A DNA stretch of 64,000 bases, from NCBI GenBank assembly GCA_038887295.1, contig JAWAKW010000001.1:366359-430358 (forward strand), written 5' to 3'. Made by a program: the position numbers and the translations under genes. The notes beneath the pieces are model-generated. The model saw only the letters and a list, made by a program, of their open reading frames with translations, searched no databases and was not told the DNA's origin. Numbering within the stretch: position 1 is the first letter of the stretch; every line of letters begins with the position of its first letter. Positions 26,858-41,462 of this stretch are shown piece after piece. This stretch comes from Candidatus Anstonellaceae archaeon. GTDB taxonomy: Archaea; Micrarchaeota; Micrarchaeia; Anstonellales; Anstonellaceae.

Positions 26858-27328
26858 GTGCGCAAAGTAAAGGAGTTTTGCTGCAAAGGCAACTCTCTAA
26901 AAGGCTGGTGGAAAGTCAAAAATCCGCTGGCAGTGATATTCAACTTCCTTCTTATTTATCCAGCCAGGTTTTTCCCTTCCACTTCGCTTAAAAACATGGC
27001 TTATAGGCTGTGCGGGGCGAAAATAGGTAAAGGTGTAACCTTTGGGCTGGGGGCAATGCTGGACATTTTCTTTCCTGAGCTGATTGAAGTAGGAGATGAA
27101 GCCATAATTGGCTACAACAGCGTAATTTTGGCCCACGAGTTCCTGCAAGGCAAGTACCGGATAGGGAAAGTCAAAATAGGCAAGAACGCAATGATTGGCG
27201 CAAACTGCACTATTATGCCCGGAGTCTCAATTGGCGATGATGCTTGCATTTGCGCAATGTCTTTAGTCAACAAGGATGTACCAGCAGGCCAGATGTGGGG
27301 CGGGGTTCCTGCAAGGCGAATCAAATGA
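26858..27328 (+). CDS. Hexapeptide-repeat (left-handed beta-helix) acyltransferase
   Basis: IGYNSVILAHE...VKIGKNAMIGANCTIMPGVSIG...GGVPAR. Confidence 0.88.
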   Translation: MRKVKEFCCKGNSLKGWWKVKNPLAVIFNFLLIYPARFFPSTSLKNMAYRLCGAKIGKGVTFGLGAMLDIFFPELIEVGDEAIIGYNSVILAHEFLQGKYRIGKVKIGKNAMIGANCTIMPGVSIGDDACICAMSLVNKDVPAGQMWGGVPARRIK

Positions 27329-27878
27329 AAGTCGCGCTTATTCTTTTGGTCCACCTGATTGCAATACTTGCAGGGCTGTATTACTATTGGGATCAGTTTG
27401 TTTCCACCCCTCTGCCGCTTTTGGTTTTTGTGCCAGACTGCCCGCTTTACGTCCTTCTTGTCTTGCCACTGCTTTTGCGCAAAGCAAAAGGCAGCTTTTA
27501 CCCATTTTTTGTCAGCAGCGGGCTAGTCAAATACGGGCTGTGGACGGTTTTCGTGCTTGTTTTTTACTCTGATGTTTATTTTGCTCCGCAATTTTTCATG
27601 ATCTCTTTCGTTTTTTTGCTTGGGCATATCGGGATGTTTCTTGAAGGGCTTTATTTTTTGCCCAAAAACCCAAAGCCATTTTACCTTTCTATCTTGATTG
27701 GCTGGTTTTTGGTCAATGATTTTGCAGATTACTATTTTGGCACAGCCCCGCCCATCCCATACCAAAGAAGGGAAACCGTGGAAGGCTTGACTGTAGCGTC
27801 AAGCTTTGCAATCCCCATTTTGCTTTTTGCACTAAAAGAAAAGATAAATCAGTTCAAAGAAAGGCTATTGTCGCCTGC

Positions 27879-27882
<4 letters not shown>
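27325..27882 (+). CDS. DUF1405-like membrane protein
   Basis: YYWDQF...FVPDCPLY...GLVKYGLWT...HIGMFLEG...NDFADY; ATGA overlap with the upstream gene. Confidence 0.75.
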
Positions 27883-32359
<4,477 letters not shown>

Positions 32360-32402
32360 TCAACGCAGATTTTATCTCAAAGCAGCCTTTTAAAGGTATG
32401 CC

Positions 32403-33371
32403 CTACTTTATTTCACCCACAAGCTCCTCAAGCAAATCCTCCAGCGTCACAATCCCTAAGAATCTCCCTTTTTCATCTTCCACAATGGCAATGTTCCTGC
32501 CCAGCTTTTGAAGCCTTGCAAATGCCTCAGAGACCTTTACGCTGGGGTGAAATCGCACTGGCTCCCATGCTATTTTCGAGATGTGCCAATCAGGATGCTG
32601 GTAAAGTGCCCTTCCCAATATTTTCACAGAAACAGTCCCAATTACCTTGCCATTCAGAAGCACAGGGAACCTTGAATATTGGGTGTTTTGGAGAACTTTG
32701 CGGTGCGCGGTTGCAACCAGCATCCTCCCGTCTAGCGCAACCACTTTATTTTTCGGGGTCATTGCCTGCTCCACTGTCCGGTCATTGAAGTCCAACACAT
32801 TTTCAATCATTTCCTTTTCTTTTTCGGTGATGCCTTTGCTTTTTGCGCCAAGCTTTATCGCAGACCTTATTTCGTCTTCTGTGAACTTTTCAATGCCTGT
32901 TGCGCGGCTATATACGCCAGGAATTAGGTAGTTGATTGCATCAAACATTGCAACTAGGGGGAAAACCAGATAATAATAAAATTCAAGCGCAGGCCCCACA
33001 AGCAGCATTATCCTTTCACTGTTTGAAGTTGCAAAGCTTTTCGGGACAATATCCCCAAAAGTCAATATAAGAAAAGTCATTATCGCAATTGCAACTCCTA
33101 ATCCTGCCTCACCCCAAATCCCAATTGCAACCGCGGTTGCCATCGCAGATGCCGCAACATTTACAATATTGTTTCCAATCAGCAGGGCAATTACAATTTT
33201 CCTTCGCTTTGCCCTCAGCCGATGCAAGCTTTCTGCCCCTGGCACTTTCTTTTCCATAAGCTCGTGTATTTTCACTGGTCCAAGTGAAAGGAAAGCCACC
33301 TCAGTTGCTGCAAACACTCCTGACAAAAAAAGCAGGAATGCCAAAATTGCAATGTCCACGTAAAGCTGCAT
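32403..33371 (-). CDS. CNNM/DUF21 + CBS-domain membrane protein (CorC/HlyC family)
   Basis: LSGVFAATEVAF, LIGNNIVN, FGDIVPKS, YSRFPV, GIVTLEDLLEELVGEI. Confidence 0.9.
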   Translation of the reverse strand: MQLYVDIAILAFLLFLSGVFAATEVAFLSLGPVKIHELMEKKVPGAESLHRLRAKRRKIVIALLIGNNIVNVAASAMATAVAIGIWGEAGLGVAIAIMTFLILTFGDIVPKSFATSNSERIMLLVGPALEFYYYLVFPLVAMFDAINYLIPGVYSRATGIEKFTEDEIRSAIKLGAKSKGITEKEKEMIENVLDFNDRTVEQAMTPKNKVVALDGRMLVATAHRKVLQNTQYSRFPVLLNGKVIGTVSVKILGRALYQHPDWHISKIAWEPVRFHPSVKVSEAFARLQKLGRNIAIVEDEKGRFLGIVTLEDLLEELVGEIK

Positions 33372-33407
33372 AAAATGTTTTCTTGCAGCTAAATAAAAAT
33401 ACTTGCT

Positions 33408-36400
33408 TTACGAGCAGCCCGTGGTCTCTCCACAGTCAATGCATACCTGGCAGCTCCCGTTCTGCTTCACCTTCATAGAGCCGCAGCTTGGACACTGCAG
33501 CCCGGTAAAACCTTGGGCTTTTGCATTCCTTGCCTTCTCCTCAAAATCTTCATCTTCCTTCTCCTCACGGGCTGGCTGCATCTCTGCAAGCTTGGTTTGG
33601 GCTTTTTGCTCCTCTACTCTTGGAGTAGGCTCATGCGCACTCTCCCCATTTATTGTTTTGACATGGACAAAATCTCGCCTGTTGAGATACTCATAGCCAA
33701 GCACTCGGAACACGTAATCTATTATCGAGGTAGCATTCTTTATTGCCTCATGGCCAGTTACCACCCCAGAAGGCTCAAACCTCGTGAATGTGAAGGTGTC
33801 CACAAATTCCTCCAGCGGAACCCCGTACTGTAAGCCCTTACTGACGGCAATTGCAAAGCAGTTCAACAGCGCACGATAGCCTGCACCCTCTTTGTACATG
33901 TCAATGAATATCTCACCAAGAGTCCCATCCGGGTACTCGCCGGTCTTAAGGTATACTTTGTGGCCACCCACTCTTGCCTCCTGAACAAAGCCCCTTCTTT
34001 TCGGCGGGAGTTTCCTTCTGTTTATCCTCCCTAAAATCTTTGACTGAAGCTGCGCAGGTCCAAAAGTCTCATCTATGTCTTCGCTTATCCCAAGAAGCTG
34101 CGCAAGCTCGTCTTCATCCACATCAGCAGTGGCATTAAGCGGCTGAGACAGCTTGCTTCCATCCCGATAAAGTGCGATGCTTTTGAGCATGTATTTCCAA
34201 GAGGCAAAGTATGCCTGCTTTATATCTTCTATGGTGCTTTCTGCAGGCATATTGATAGTCTTGGAAATTGAGCCGCTGATAAATGGCTGTGCAGCTGCCA
34301 TCATCCTTATGTGCCCAAGGTAGGAGATGAAGCGCTTGCCTTTTTTGCCGCACCTGTTGGCGCAGTCAAACACAGGATAGTGCTCCTGTGCCAAGTGAGG
34401 TGCGCCCTCGAGCGTCATGGTGCCGCACACATACTCATTTGCCTCTTCTATTTGCTGCTTTGTGAAGCCAAGCTTTGAAAGCAAATCAAATTTGGGGTCG
34501 TTTATCTCAGCGCTGCTAAACCCAAGCGACTGCAGGAAGTCTTCGCCCAAAACGTGCTTGTTGAATACAAACCGTATGTCAAATATCCTCGGAAGCTCTG
34601 CTTCAATCCGAGCAATTTTTTCTTGCGTAAACCCTTTCGCAGCCAAAGTCTGCGGGTTGATATGCGGGCAGCCAGCCAAGGTTGCCCTGCCAAGCGCATA
34701 TTGCTCTATTTCCTTTATTTGCTGCGCAGTGTAGCCAAGCTTTGCCAGCGCCTTTTTGACCGAGTTGTTTACTATCTTAAAGTACCCGCCGCCTGCCAGT
34801 TTTTTGAATTTGACAATTGCAAAATCCGGCTCTATTCCAGTGGTGTCACAATCCATCTGCAGCCCTATGGTTCCAGTAGGAGCAATTACTGTAACCTGGG
34901 CATTTCTGTAACCGTATTTTTCACCCATCTGGTATGCCCTGTCCCAGCATTCTCGCGCAGCTTCCAGCAGGTATTTGGGGCAAAATTGCGGGTTAATTCC
35001 CATCGGCTTTACGGTAAGACCCTCGTATTCGTTTTCAGGAGCGTTGTAAGCGGCCCTTCTGTGGTTGCGGATTACCCTCAGCATGTGCTGGCGGTTCCTT
35101 TCAAATGCCTTAAACGGCCCAAGCTCGCGCGCCATCTCCGCAGAGGTTGCATAAGCTTCGCCGCACATTATTGCAGTTATTGCCCCACATATTGCAAGCC
35201 CCTGCGGGCTTTCATATGGGATCCCCATAACCATAAGAAGCGTCCCAAGGTTTGCATACCCCAGCCCAAGGGTGCGGAACTCAAAGCTTTTTCTTGCAAT
35301 TTCTTTTGACGGGAATTGTGCCATCAAAACAGAAATCTCAAGCACCACAGTCCAAAGCCGCACGGCGTGCCTGAATGCCTCTACATCAAACATTCCGCTT
35401 TTTTCATCATAGAATTTGACAAGGTTAAGCGAGGCAAGGTTGCAGGCAGTATCATCCAAGAACATGTATTCCGAGCAAGGGTTGGAGGCGTTTATTCTGC
35501 CGTCTGCTGGGCAGGTGTGCCACTCATTGATGGTGTCGTCAAACTGAAGGCCTGGGTCTGCGCAGCTCCAGGCAGCATATGCTATTTGGTCCCAAAGCTG
35601 CCTTGCCTTCACTTTTTTCATGACGCTTCCGTCTGTCCGCGCTATTAGGTGCCAATCAGCGTCATTTTCAACTGCCCAGATGAATTTGTTTGAAATGCGC
35701 ACAGAATTGTTGCTGTTTTGGCCAGAAACAGTAGTGTAAGCTTCAGATTCGTAGTGCGTATCAAAGATCGGAAAATCAATTTTGTATTTGCCTTGCTTTG
35801 CAAGCGCAAGCGCCCTGAAAATGTAATTTATCGGAACATTGCGCGAAAGTGCCTTGACCACTGCAAGCTTTACCCTCTCATTTTTCAAGTCAGTGGTTTG
35901 CTCGTCTTTTGCGACTTTGAGTATCTCGTTTAGGTATTTTGCGCAAGCCTTGCTTCCAGCAACCATTGCAGCAACTTTTTGTTCCTCTATCACTTTCCAG
36001 TTTATGAACTTTTCAACATCAGGGTGGTCAATATTCACAATCACCATTTTGGCTGCCCTTCTGGTGGTTCCGCCTGATTTTATTGCCCCTGCAGCCCTGT
36101 CATATATTTTCAAAAATGACATCAAGCCCGAGGAATACCCCCCACCCGAAAGCTTTTCACCCTCTGCCCTCAGGCAGGAAAAGTTGGTGCCTGTGCCTGA
36201 GCCATACTTGAACAGCCTTGCTTCGCGGACTACCAAATCAAATATCCCGCCTTCATTTACCAAGTCATCTTTGACTGATTGGATAAAGCAAGCATGCGGC
36301 TGCGGTCTGGTGTATGCATCCTCAGAAGGCCTGATTTCCCCGGTTTGCGGGTCTGCATAATAATGTCCCTGAGGGCTTCCTCTTATCCCGTATGCAAAAG

Positions 36401-36884
36401 CAAGCCCTGTGTTGAACCACTGAGGCGAATTTGGGGAAGCCATCTGATGCACAAGCATATACTTTAGCTCGTCCTCAAATGCTTCAGCATCTTCTTTGCT
36501 TGCAAAATATCCATACTTTTCCCCCCAATGCCTCCAGCAGCCAGCAAGCCTTCTTATCACTTGTTTGATGCTTCTTTCCGGCCCAAGCATTATTTTTCCG
36601 TCAGGCCCAATTATCGGCTTGCCGAATTTGTCATACTGCGGCACGCCAGCCTTGCGGAAATACTTTTGAGCCACAATATCAGTTGCAACCTGCGACCAGC
36701 TTTTTGGCACCTCCACATCCTTCATTTCAAAGACAATGGAGCCGTCTGCATTTTTTATGGTGGAGGTTCTCAATTCGTACTCAACAGTATCAAGAGGGTC
36801 TATTCCTTCAGTTGTAAAAAGCCTCCTTATTTTCAGCCCACCCTGCCGGCTTTCTTGCGGCAAAAGCGCTTCGGTTTTTTCCAT
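33408..36884 (-). CDS. nrdJ: Class II (B12-dependent) ribonucleotide reductase
   Basis: [34 protein letters not shown]-terminal CPSC/CIDC and TGCS. Confidence 0.95.
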   Translation of the reverse strand: MEKTEALLPQESRQGGLKIRRLFTTEGIDPLDTVEYELRTSTIKNADGSIVFEMKDVEVPKSWSQVATDIVAQKYFRKAGVPQYDKFGKPIIGPDGKIMLGPERSIKQVIRRLAGCWRHWGEKYGYFASKEDAEAFEDELKYMLVHQMASPNSPQWFNTGLAFAYGIRGSPQGHYYADPQTGEIRPSEDAYTRPQPHACFIQSVKDDLVNEGGIFDLVVREARLFKYGSGTGTNFSCLRAEGEKLSGGGYSSGLMSFLKIYDRAAGAIKSGGTTRRAAKMVIVNIDHPDVEKFINWKVIEEQKVAAMVAGSKACAKYLNEILKVAKDEQTTDLKNERVKLAVVKALSRNVPINYIFRALALAKQGKYKIDFPIFDTHYESEAYTTVSGQNSNNSVRISNKFIWAVENDADWHLIARTDGSVMKKVKARQLWDQIAYAAWSCADPGLQFDDTINEWHTCPADGRINASNPCSEYMFLDDTACNLASLNLVKFYDEKSGMFDVEAFRHAVRLWTVVLEISVLMAQFPSKEIARKSFEFRTLGLGYANLGTLLMVMGIPYESPQGLAICGAITAIMCGEAYATSAEMARELGPFKAFERNRQHMLRVIRNHRRAAYNAPENEYEGLTVKPMGINPQFCPKYLLEAARECWDRAYQMGEKYGYRNAQVTVIAPTGTIGLQMDCDTTGIEPDFAIVKFKKLAGGGYFKIVNNSVKKALAKLGYTAQQIKEIEQYALGRATLAGCPHINPQTLAAKGFTQEKIARIEAELPRIFDIRFVFNKHVLGEDFLQSLGFSSAEINDPKFDLLSKLGFTKQQIEEANEYVCGTMTLEGAPHLAQEHYPVFDCANRCGKKGKRFISYLGHIRMMAAAQPFISGSISKTINMPAESTIEDIKQAYFASWKYMLKSIALYRDGSKLSQPLNATADVDEDELAQLLGISEDIDETFGPAQLQSKILGRINRRKLPPKRRGFVQEARVGGHKVYLKTGEYPDGTLGEIFIDMYKEGAGYRALLNCFAIAVSKGLQYGVPLEEFVDTFTFTRFEPSGVVTGHEAIKNATSIIDYVFRVLGYEYLNRRDFVHVKTINGESAHEPTPRVEEQKAQTKLAEMQPAREEKEDEDFEEKARNAKAQGFTGLQCPSCGSMKVKQNGSCQVCIDCGETTGCS

Positions 36885-36951
36885 CCTCTCCTCCTCCCTT
36901 CGGCAAGCAAGTCAGGCATTCTCGGGTTGGCAACCATCCAAACCCTTAAAA

Positions 36952-36999
36952 CCACAATATATTGCGCTTTATTTGATTTTCAAACACAACATCTTGTGC
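36952..36999. promoter_or_regulatory. Tandem NrdR-box-like operators upstream of nrdJ
   Basis: CCACAATATATTGCGC (36952-36967) and ACACAACATCTTGTGC (36984-36999), 32 bp apart; both match the acaCwAtATaTwGtgt consensus. Confidence 0.75.
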
Positions 37000-37150
37000 C
37001 TAGAAGCATAGCATTTGCATTGCTCAAATTTATAAGCATATTTTTGGGCATTTTTTTGCTATTCATAGCTGTTTTATTTAGGACAAATCCAAAGCGGAAG
37101 CGCTCAAAAGCTTTATTTAAGCTATCATCGTAAGAGCAGTGGTGCTTTAG

Positions 37151-38050
37151 GTGGTGCGCGCAATATTTTCCTCTACTGGAACATTTGCAGTCAAGGCAGG
37201 GCTCGCCCAAATGCTCAAGGGCGGCGTAATAATGGATGTAGTCAATGAGCATCAGGCGAAAATTGCCGAGGATGCAGGGGCAGTTGCAGTGATGGCCCTT
37301 GAAGCAGTCCCCGCAGACATTCGGCGCTCAGGCAAGGTTGCGCGAATGGCAGATCCTGCAAAAATCAAGCAGATAAAGTCAGCGGTTTCCATCCCGGTCA
37401 TGGCAAAATGCAGGATAGGGCATTTTGTAGAGGCGCAAATACTTGAGGCTTTAGAAGTGGATTATATTGACGAATCCGAAGTCCTCACTCCCGCAGATGC
37501 CGAGCGCCACATAGACAAGTGGTCATTCAAGGTGCCTTTCGTGTGCGGCTGCCGCGATTTGGGAGAGGCTTTGCGCAGGATATCTGAAGGGGCTGCTATG
37601 ATAAGGACAAAAGGCGAGGCAGGCACGGGCAATGTTGTGGAAGCAGTTAAGCACATTCGGGCAATCAATGAAAAAATTGCCCGCTTAAAAGGCTGCACTG
37701 AAAAGGAGCTTGCCCAGGAGGCCAAGCAGATGCGGGTGCCGCTTTCGTTGGTCCAAAAGGTGGTGGAGCTTGGAAGGCTTCCAGTTGTGAATTTTGCAGC
37801 CGGCGGGATAGCTACTCCTGCAGATGCCGCATTGTGCATGCAACTTGGCTGCGATGGGGTTTTTGTGGGAAGCGGGATTTTCAAGTCTTCTGAGCCAGAA
37901 AGGATGGCGCAAGCCATTGTGGAGGCAGTGGCGCATTACAACGATCCACGAAAGCTTGCTGAAATTTCCGAATCCTTGGGTGCTCCGATGGACGGAGTAG
38001 ATGTTTTTTCGCTAAAGGCTGAAGAAAAGCTTTCAACAAGAGGAGTCTAA
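37151..38050 (+). CDS. pdxS: Pyridoxal 5'-phosphate synthase subunit PdxS
   Basis: [45 protein letters not shown]. Confidence 0.97.
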   Translation: MVRAIFSSTGTFAVKAGLAQMLKGGVIMDVVNEHQAKIAEDAGAVAVMALEAVPADIRRSGKVARMADPAKIKQIKSAVSIPVMAKCRIGHFVEAQILEALEVDYIDESEVLTPADAERHIDKWSFKVPFVCGCRDLGEALRRISEGAAMIRTKGEAGTGNVVEAVKHIRAINEKIARLKGCTEKELAQEAKQMRVPLSLVQKVVELGRLPVVNFAAGGIATPADAALCMQLGCDGVFVGSGIFKSSEPERMAQAIVEAVAHYNDPRKLAEISESLGAPMDGVDVFSLKAEEKLSTRGV

Positions 38051-38626
38051 ATGGACAAAATAGGGGTACTTGCGCTTCAAGGGGATTTTGAGGAGCACAT
38101 CCATGCTCTTCTTAAAGCTTCAGAAAAAATAGCAGTTCCTATCAAAATCGTTGAGGTCAGAACCGCCTCTCATCTTGAGGGGGTGGATGGTCTGATTATC
38201 CCTGGAGGGGAATCAACTGCAATTTCTCGGCTGATGGAAAGAGAAAAGCTCTTTGAAAAAGTTGCATCTGTTCGAAAAATAATGGGTACTTGCGCAGGGG
38301 CAATCCTGCTTGCAAAAGAAGTGCACGGAGCCACACACTTCCAGCGCTTCCTTTCCTTGATGGACATCTCTGTAACCAGGAATGCTTACGGGTCCCAGCT
38401 TGCTTCGTTTGAGGCGCAAGTCACTACAATTTTTGGGACACTAAACGGCGTTTTTATCCGTGCACCAAAGCTGCGTCCGATTTCACCCCAGGTGCAGCCC
38501 ATGGCTTTTTTTGGGGAGGAAGTGATTGGGGCTTATCAGAAATCGAATGACCAGCACTTGATTGCGCTGGCATTCCATCCCGAGCTGACTACCACCAAGT
38601 TCCATGAGTATTTCATCAAGCTTTAG
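38051..38626 (+). CDS. pdxT: PLP synthase glutaminase subunit PdxT
   Basis: GVLALQGDF, PGGEST, GTCAG, RNAYG, FIRAP, FHPE. Confidence 0.96.
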   Translation: MDKIGVLALQGDFEEHIHALLKASEKIAVPIKIVEVRTASHLEGVDGLIIPGGESTAISRLMEREKLFEKVASVRKIMGTCAGAILLAKEVHGATHFQRFLSLMDISVTRNAYGSQLASFEAQVTTIFGTLNGVFIRAPKLRPISPQVQPMAFFGEEVIGAYQKSNDQHLIALAFHPELTTTKFHEYFIKL

Positions 38627-38773
38627 CTAGATTTCCCTTCCTCTTGCGCACTGCACGCACACAAAGCCGGTTTTGCACTGTGGCCTGCCGCAATTCCCTC
38701 TCCCGCACAGCTTGCAAGTCTCAGTTGCAACCCGACCGCAGATTGCGCAAATGCCTGCAATATTCATAGCCAT
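38627..38773 (-). CDS. 48-aa zinc-finger microprotein (8 Cys)
   Basis: MAMNIAGICAICGRVATETCKLCGRGNCGRPQCKTGFVCVQCARGREI; TGATG overlap with the aIF2-gamma stop; below the ORF-track length cutoff. Confidence 0.8.
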   Translation of the reverse strand: MAMNIAGICAICGRVATETCKLCGRGNCGRPQCKTGFVCVQCARGREI

Positions 38774-39969
38774 CAGCATATTATTCCAAAGCCAGACAGC
38801 CTCCAGCGCTGGCCCAGCTTCCTTGTAAGTGCTGCTTTTCCATTCTTTTCTGCGCAGATGGGGCGCTTAAGCTTTATGCTTACAATATTTCCTTTAAGTC
38901 TGCTGATTATTCCAACTGAGGTTGCAGTGCCTGCTGAAATCACAATCGGCTCCCCGATCTTCAGAGGCGGATTTTCAAACCCCTCCCTTTTGAGAAGGCT
39001 GTATTCCAAATCCACTTCAGAAAGCACGGGCGGCAAAGTCCCTTTTTTACCCACGATATTTCCAACAAGCTGGTCTGCCTTTGCAATTGCGGGGTCCAGC
39101 CCGGTTGCTATTCCTATCAGTCCGCCAGGCTTCGCTTCCTGCACAGGCTCTCCTCCTGCCATCAGCCCTTCTATTTTTATCACAATAGGCTCAACAGATT
39201 CCTTATCCTTCACTTTGACTGAAATTCCAGGAAGCATCTCCACCTCTTCCCCAACTTTTAAGGTGCCTTGTACAATTGAGCCGCCAATTACCCCTCCTTT
39301 GAGGTTTTTTATGTCCGTCCCAGGTTTGTTGACGTCAAAGCTTCTTGCCACATACATTCTTGCAGGAAGAGTCGGGTCATGCTTGGGGGTGGGTATGGTC
39401 TTTTCTATTGCTTCCACCACCTTGTCTATATTTGCATTGTAGTTTGCAGACACAGGGATTATTGGGGCATTTTCGCAAGGCGACCCCTTTAAGAATTCCT
39501 TTATCTGCCGATAATTTTCAAGTGCCTTTTCGCGCGAAACCAAATCAATCTTGTTTTGCACCACCACCACATGCTTTATGCCAAGCACATTTAGCACCAT
39601 CAGATGCTCCTCAGTTTGCGGCTGCGGGCATTTCTCATTTGCAGCAATCACCAGCACTGCACCATCAAGCAGGCTGGAGGCGGCAATGGTGGTGGTCATC
39701 AGGGTTTCGTGCCCTGGCGCATCAAGAAAAGAAACGTGCCTAGAAACTTTCCATTTGCCAGGCTCTTTTTCAGCTTGCATCGCAGTGGCATATGCAGTGC
39801 CATCCTCATTCTTGTAAAATGTGGTGTCTGCATACCCAATCTTTATCGTTATCCCTCGCTTTATCTCCTCAGAATGCGTGTCGGTCCACTTGTTTGTGAG
39901 GGCACGGGTAAGGCTAGTTTTGCCATGGTCCACATGCCCAACCATTCCAATGTTTACTTCAGCTTGCAA
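38773..39969 (-). CDS. eif2g: Translation initiation factor 2 gamma subunit
   Basis: NIGMVGHVDHGKT, RGITIKIGYA, DAPGHE, QNKID, RSFDVNKPG, WRLSGFG. Confidence 0.96.
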   Translation of the reverse strand: MQAEVNIGMVGHVDHGKTSLTRALTNKWTDTHSEEIKRGITIKIGYADTTFYKNEDGTAYATAMQAEKEPGKWKVSRHVSFLDAPGHETLMTTTIAASSLLDGAVLVIAANEKCPQPQTEEHLMVLNVLGIKHVVVVQNKIDLVSREKALENYRQIKEFLKGSPCENAPIIPVSANYNANIDKVVEAIEKTIPTPKHDPTLPARMYVARSFDVNKPGTDIKNLKGGVIGGSIVQGTLKVGEEVEMLPGISVKVKDKESVEPIVIKIEGLMAGGEPVQEAKPGGLIGIATGLDPAIAKADQLVGNIVGKKGTLPPVLSEVDLEYSLLKREGFENPPLKIGEPIVISAGTATSVGIISRLKGNIVSIKLKRPICAEKNGKAALTRKLGQRWRLSGFGIIC

Positions 39970-39973
39970 CTAA

Positions 39974-40366
39974 TCACTTTTTCTTCTCTTCTTTCTTTTG
40001 CGGGAAAAGCTCTTCAAGGGGTTTGGTCCCTGTCTTTACTACAATTGCGTTCACCTGCACTATCTGGTCTGAGATGACATTCCCTCTCACTTTCCTTTTT
40101 TCCCTTACCCCTTTGCCTTTTTTGCGGAATCCGGGACCATCAGACAAAATGACGTCTACTCTGCGCGGCCCAGAAACATCCGGCCTCATCGGAAAGCCTG
40201 AAGTGTCGCTTCCTCCACGTATCTCAAACTCATACCCTTCTGCACCGATAAATCCGCCGTAAAAGGTCTGGCCTATCTTTTTACCGATAAGCTCGCTTTC
40301 CTTTCCTTTTGGAACTTCCACATTGAAGCTCTTCCCTGTCTTTGGGTCAGATATGACAATTTTCAT
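39974..40366 (-). CDS. rps6e: 30S ribosomal protein S6e
   Basis: MKIVISDPKTGK...GGSDTSGFPMR...VRGNVIS. Confidence 0.95.
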   Translation of the reverse strand: MKIVISDPKTGKSFNVEVPKGKESELIGKKIGQTFYGGFIGAEGYEFEIRGGSDTSGFPMRPDVSGPRRVDVILSDGPGFRKKGKGVREKRKVRGNVISDQIVQVNAIVVKTGTKPLEELFPQKKEEKKK

Positions 40367-40430
40367 TTTATCACTCCCAGTCTCAAGTTAGGCTTATTTT
40401 CTGCAATCTTTTAAAAAGGATTACCAGGCG

Positions 40431-41462
40431 CTAAAGGAGCTTCCACCCTTTTCGAGTCAAAATAGCCATTTCTTCAAATCTGACTCCATATGTTTTTCGA
40501 TAGGAAGCCGGCTCAATTGCAACCACGGCCCCTATCTTTAGCTTGTCTTCAGATTTGTCTGAAAGCGAAGGGGCCTCATGCACCTCCAGCCCCACGCCGT
40601 GTCCGATTGCATGCACGAGCGCAGGAAGACTCATATTTTTCATTTCACGTTTTGCCGCTGCAGCAACTTCCTTTCCCGTGCTGCACTGCCCAAGTGTTTC
40701 AAAAACCCTCCAAAAAAGCTGCTGACATTTTTCATATTCCCGGAAAGCAACGGTGCTTTTGCTTTTGAAATAGCAGCGAGTAAAATCTGAGCAATACTGC
40801 TTATGCCTTACCCCAAAATCTACCAGAACCAAATCCGAAAGCTTAGCATCGGTTGGCTGATGGTGCGGAAACCTTGCATTCTTCCCTGAGGCTACAATCG
40901 GCTCAAAGCACGCTTCTGCACCACTCTGAAGCGCGGTTATCTTCAAGGCCGCTGCCGCCTTCTTTTCAGTTTCGTACTCCCAAGGGTCAAAATCCTGAAG
41001 GATTTTCCTTGCAATTTTGGCAGAGGCAGCCATCAGACTTGCCTCATGAGGGGATTTTTGCGCCCTCAAGGAAAGCACTCTCTTGTCTGCCCCTACCAGC
41101 CGGAGCCCTGCTTTTTTGGCTGCAGCAAACTGCGCTGCAGAGATTTCGCGCATGCAAACCCCAATTTTCCCCTTTCCGCAGGCCTTTTTTAGCAAAACAG
41201 CCGCATCTGCGTCAATTTTTTTTACAGGATAATGCGAGATTCCCTTCGCCTTCTCGTAATTCATCGGATAGACAAACAAAATCCCGCCAGCAGGCTTAAG
41301 CACCAAGTAACTGCTGTCTATCTGGCATCCTGCAAAATATGCAAAGCTTGGGCTGCTGTTGTGCGTATTGAGGAAAATGGCGCAGCCAAAATCTGCCCCT
41401 TCAAAAAGTCTTTCCCTCCTTTTTTCAAGCTCCTGTTGCATCCACGCACCTTCAGCATTCAC
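40431..41462 (-). CDS. Xaa-Pro peptidase (M24 family)
   Basis: VDFG..YCSDFTR, HAIGHGVGLEVHEAP, IEP, GVRFEE. Confidence 0.9.
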   Translation of the reverse strand: MNAEGAWMQQELEKRRERLFEGADFGCAIFLNTHNSSPSFAYFAGCQIDSSYLVLKPAGGILFVYPMNYEKAKGISHYPVKKIDADAAVLLKKACGKGKIGVCMREISAAQFAAAKKAGLRLVGADKRVLSLRAQKSPHEASLMAASAKIARKILQDFDPWEYETEKKAAAALKITALQSGAEACFEPIVASGKNARFPHHQPTDAKLSDLVLVDFGVRHKQYCSDFTRCYFKSKSTVAFREYEKCQQLFWRVFETLGQCSTGKEVAAAAKREMKNMSLPALVHAIGHGVGLEVHEAPSLSDKSEDKLKIGAVVAIEPASYRKTYGVRFEEMAILTRKGWKLL

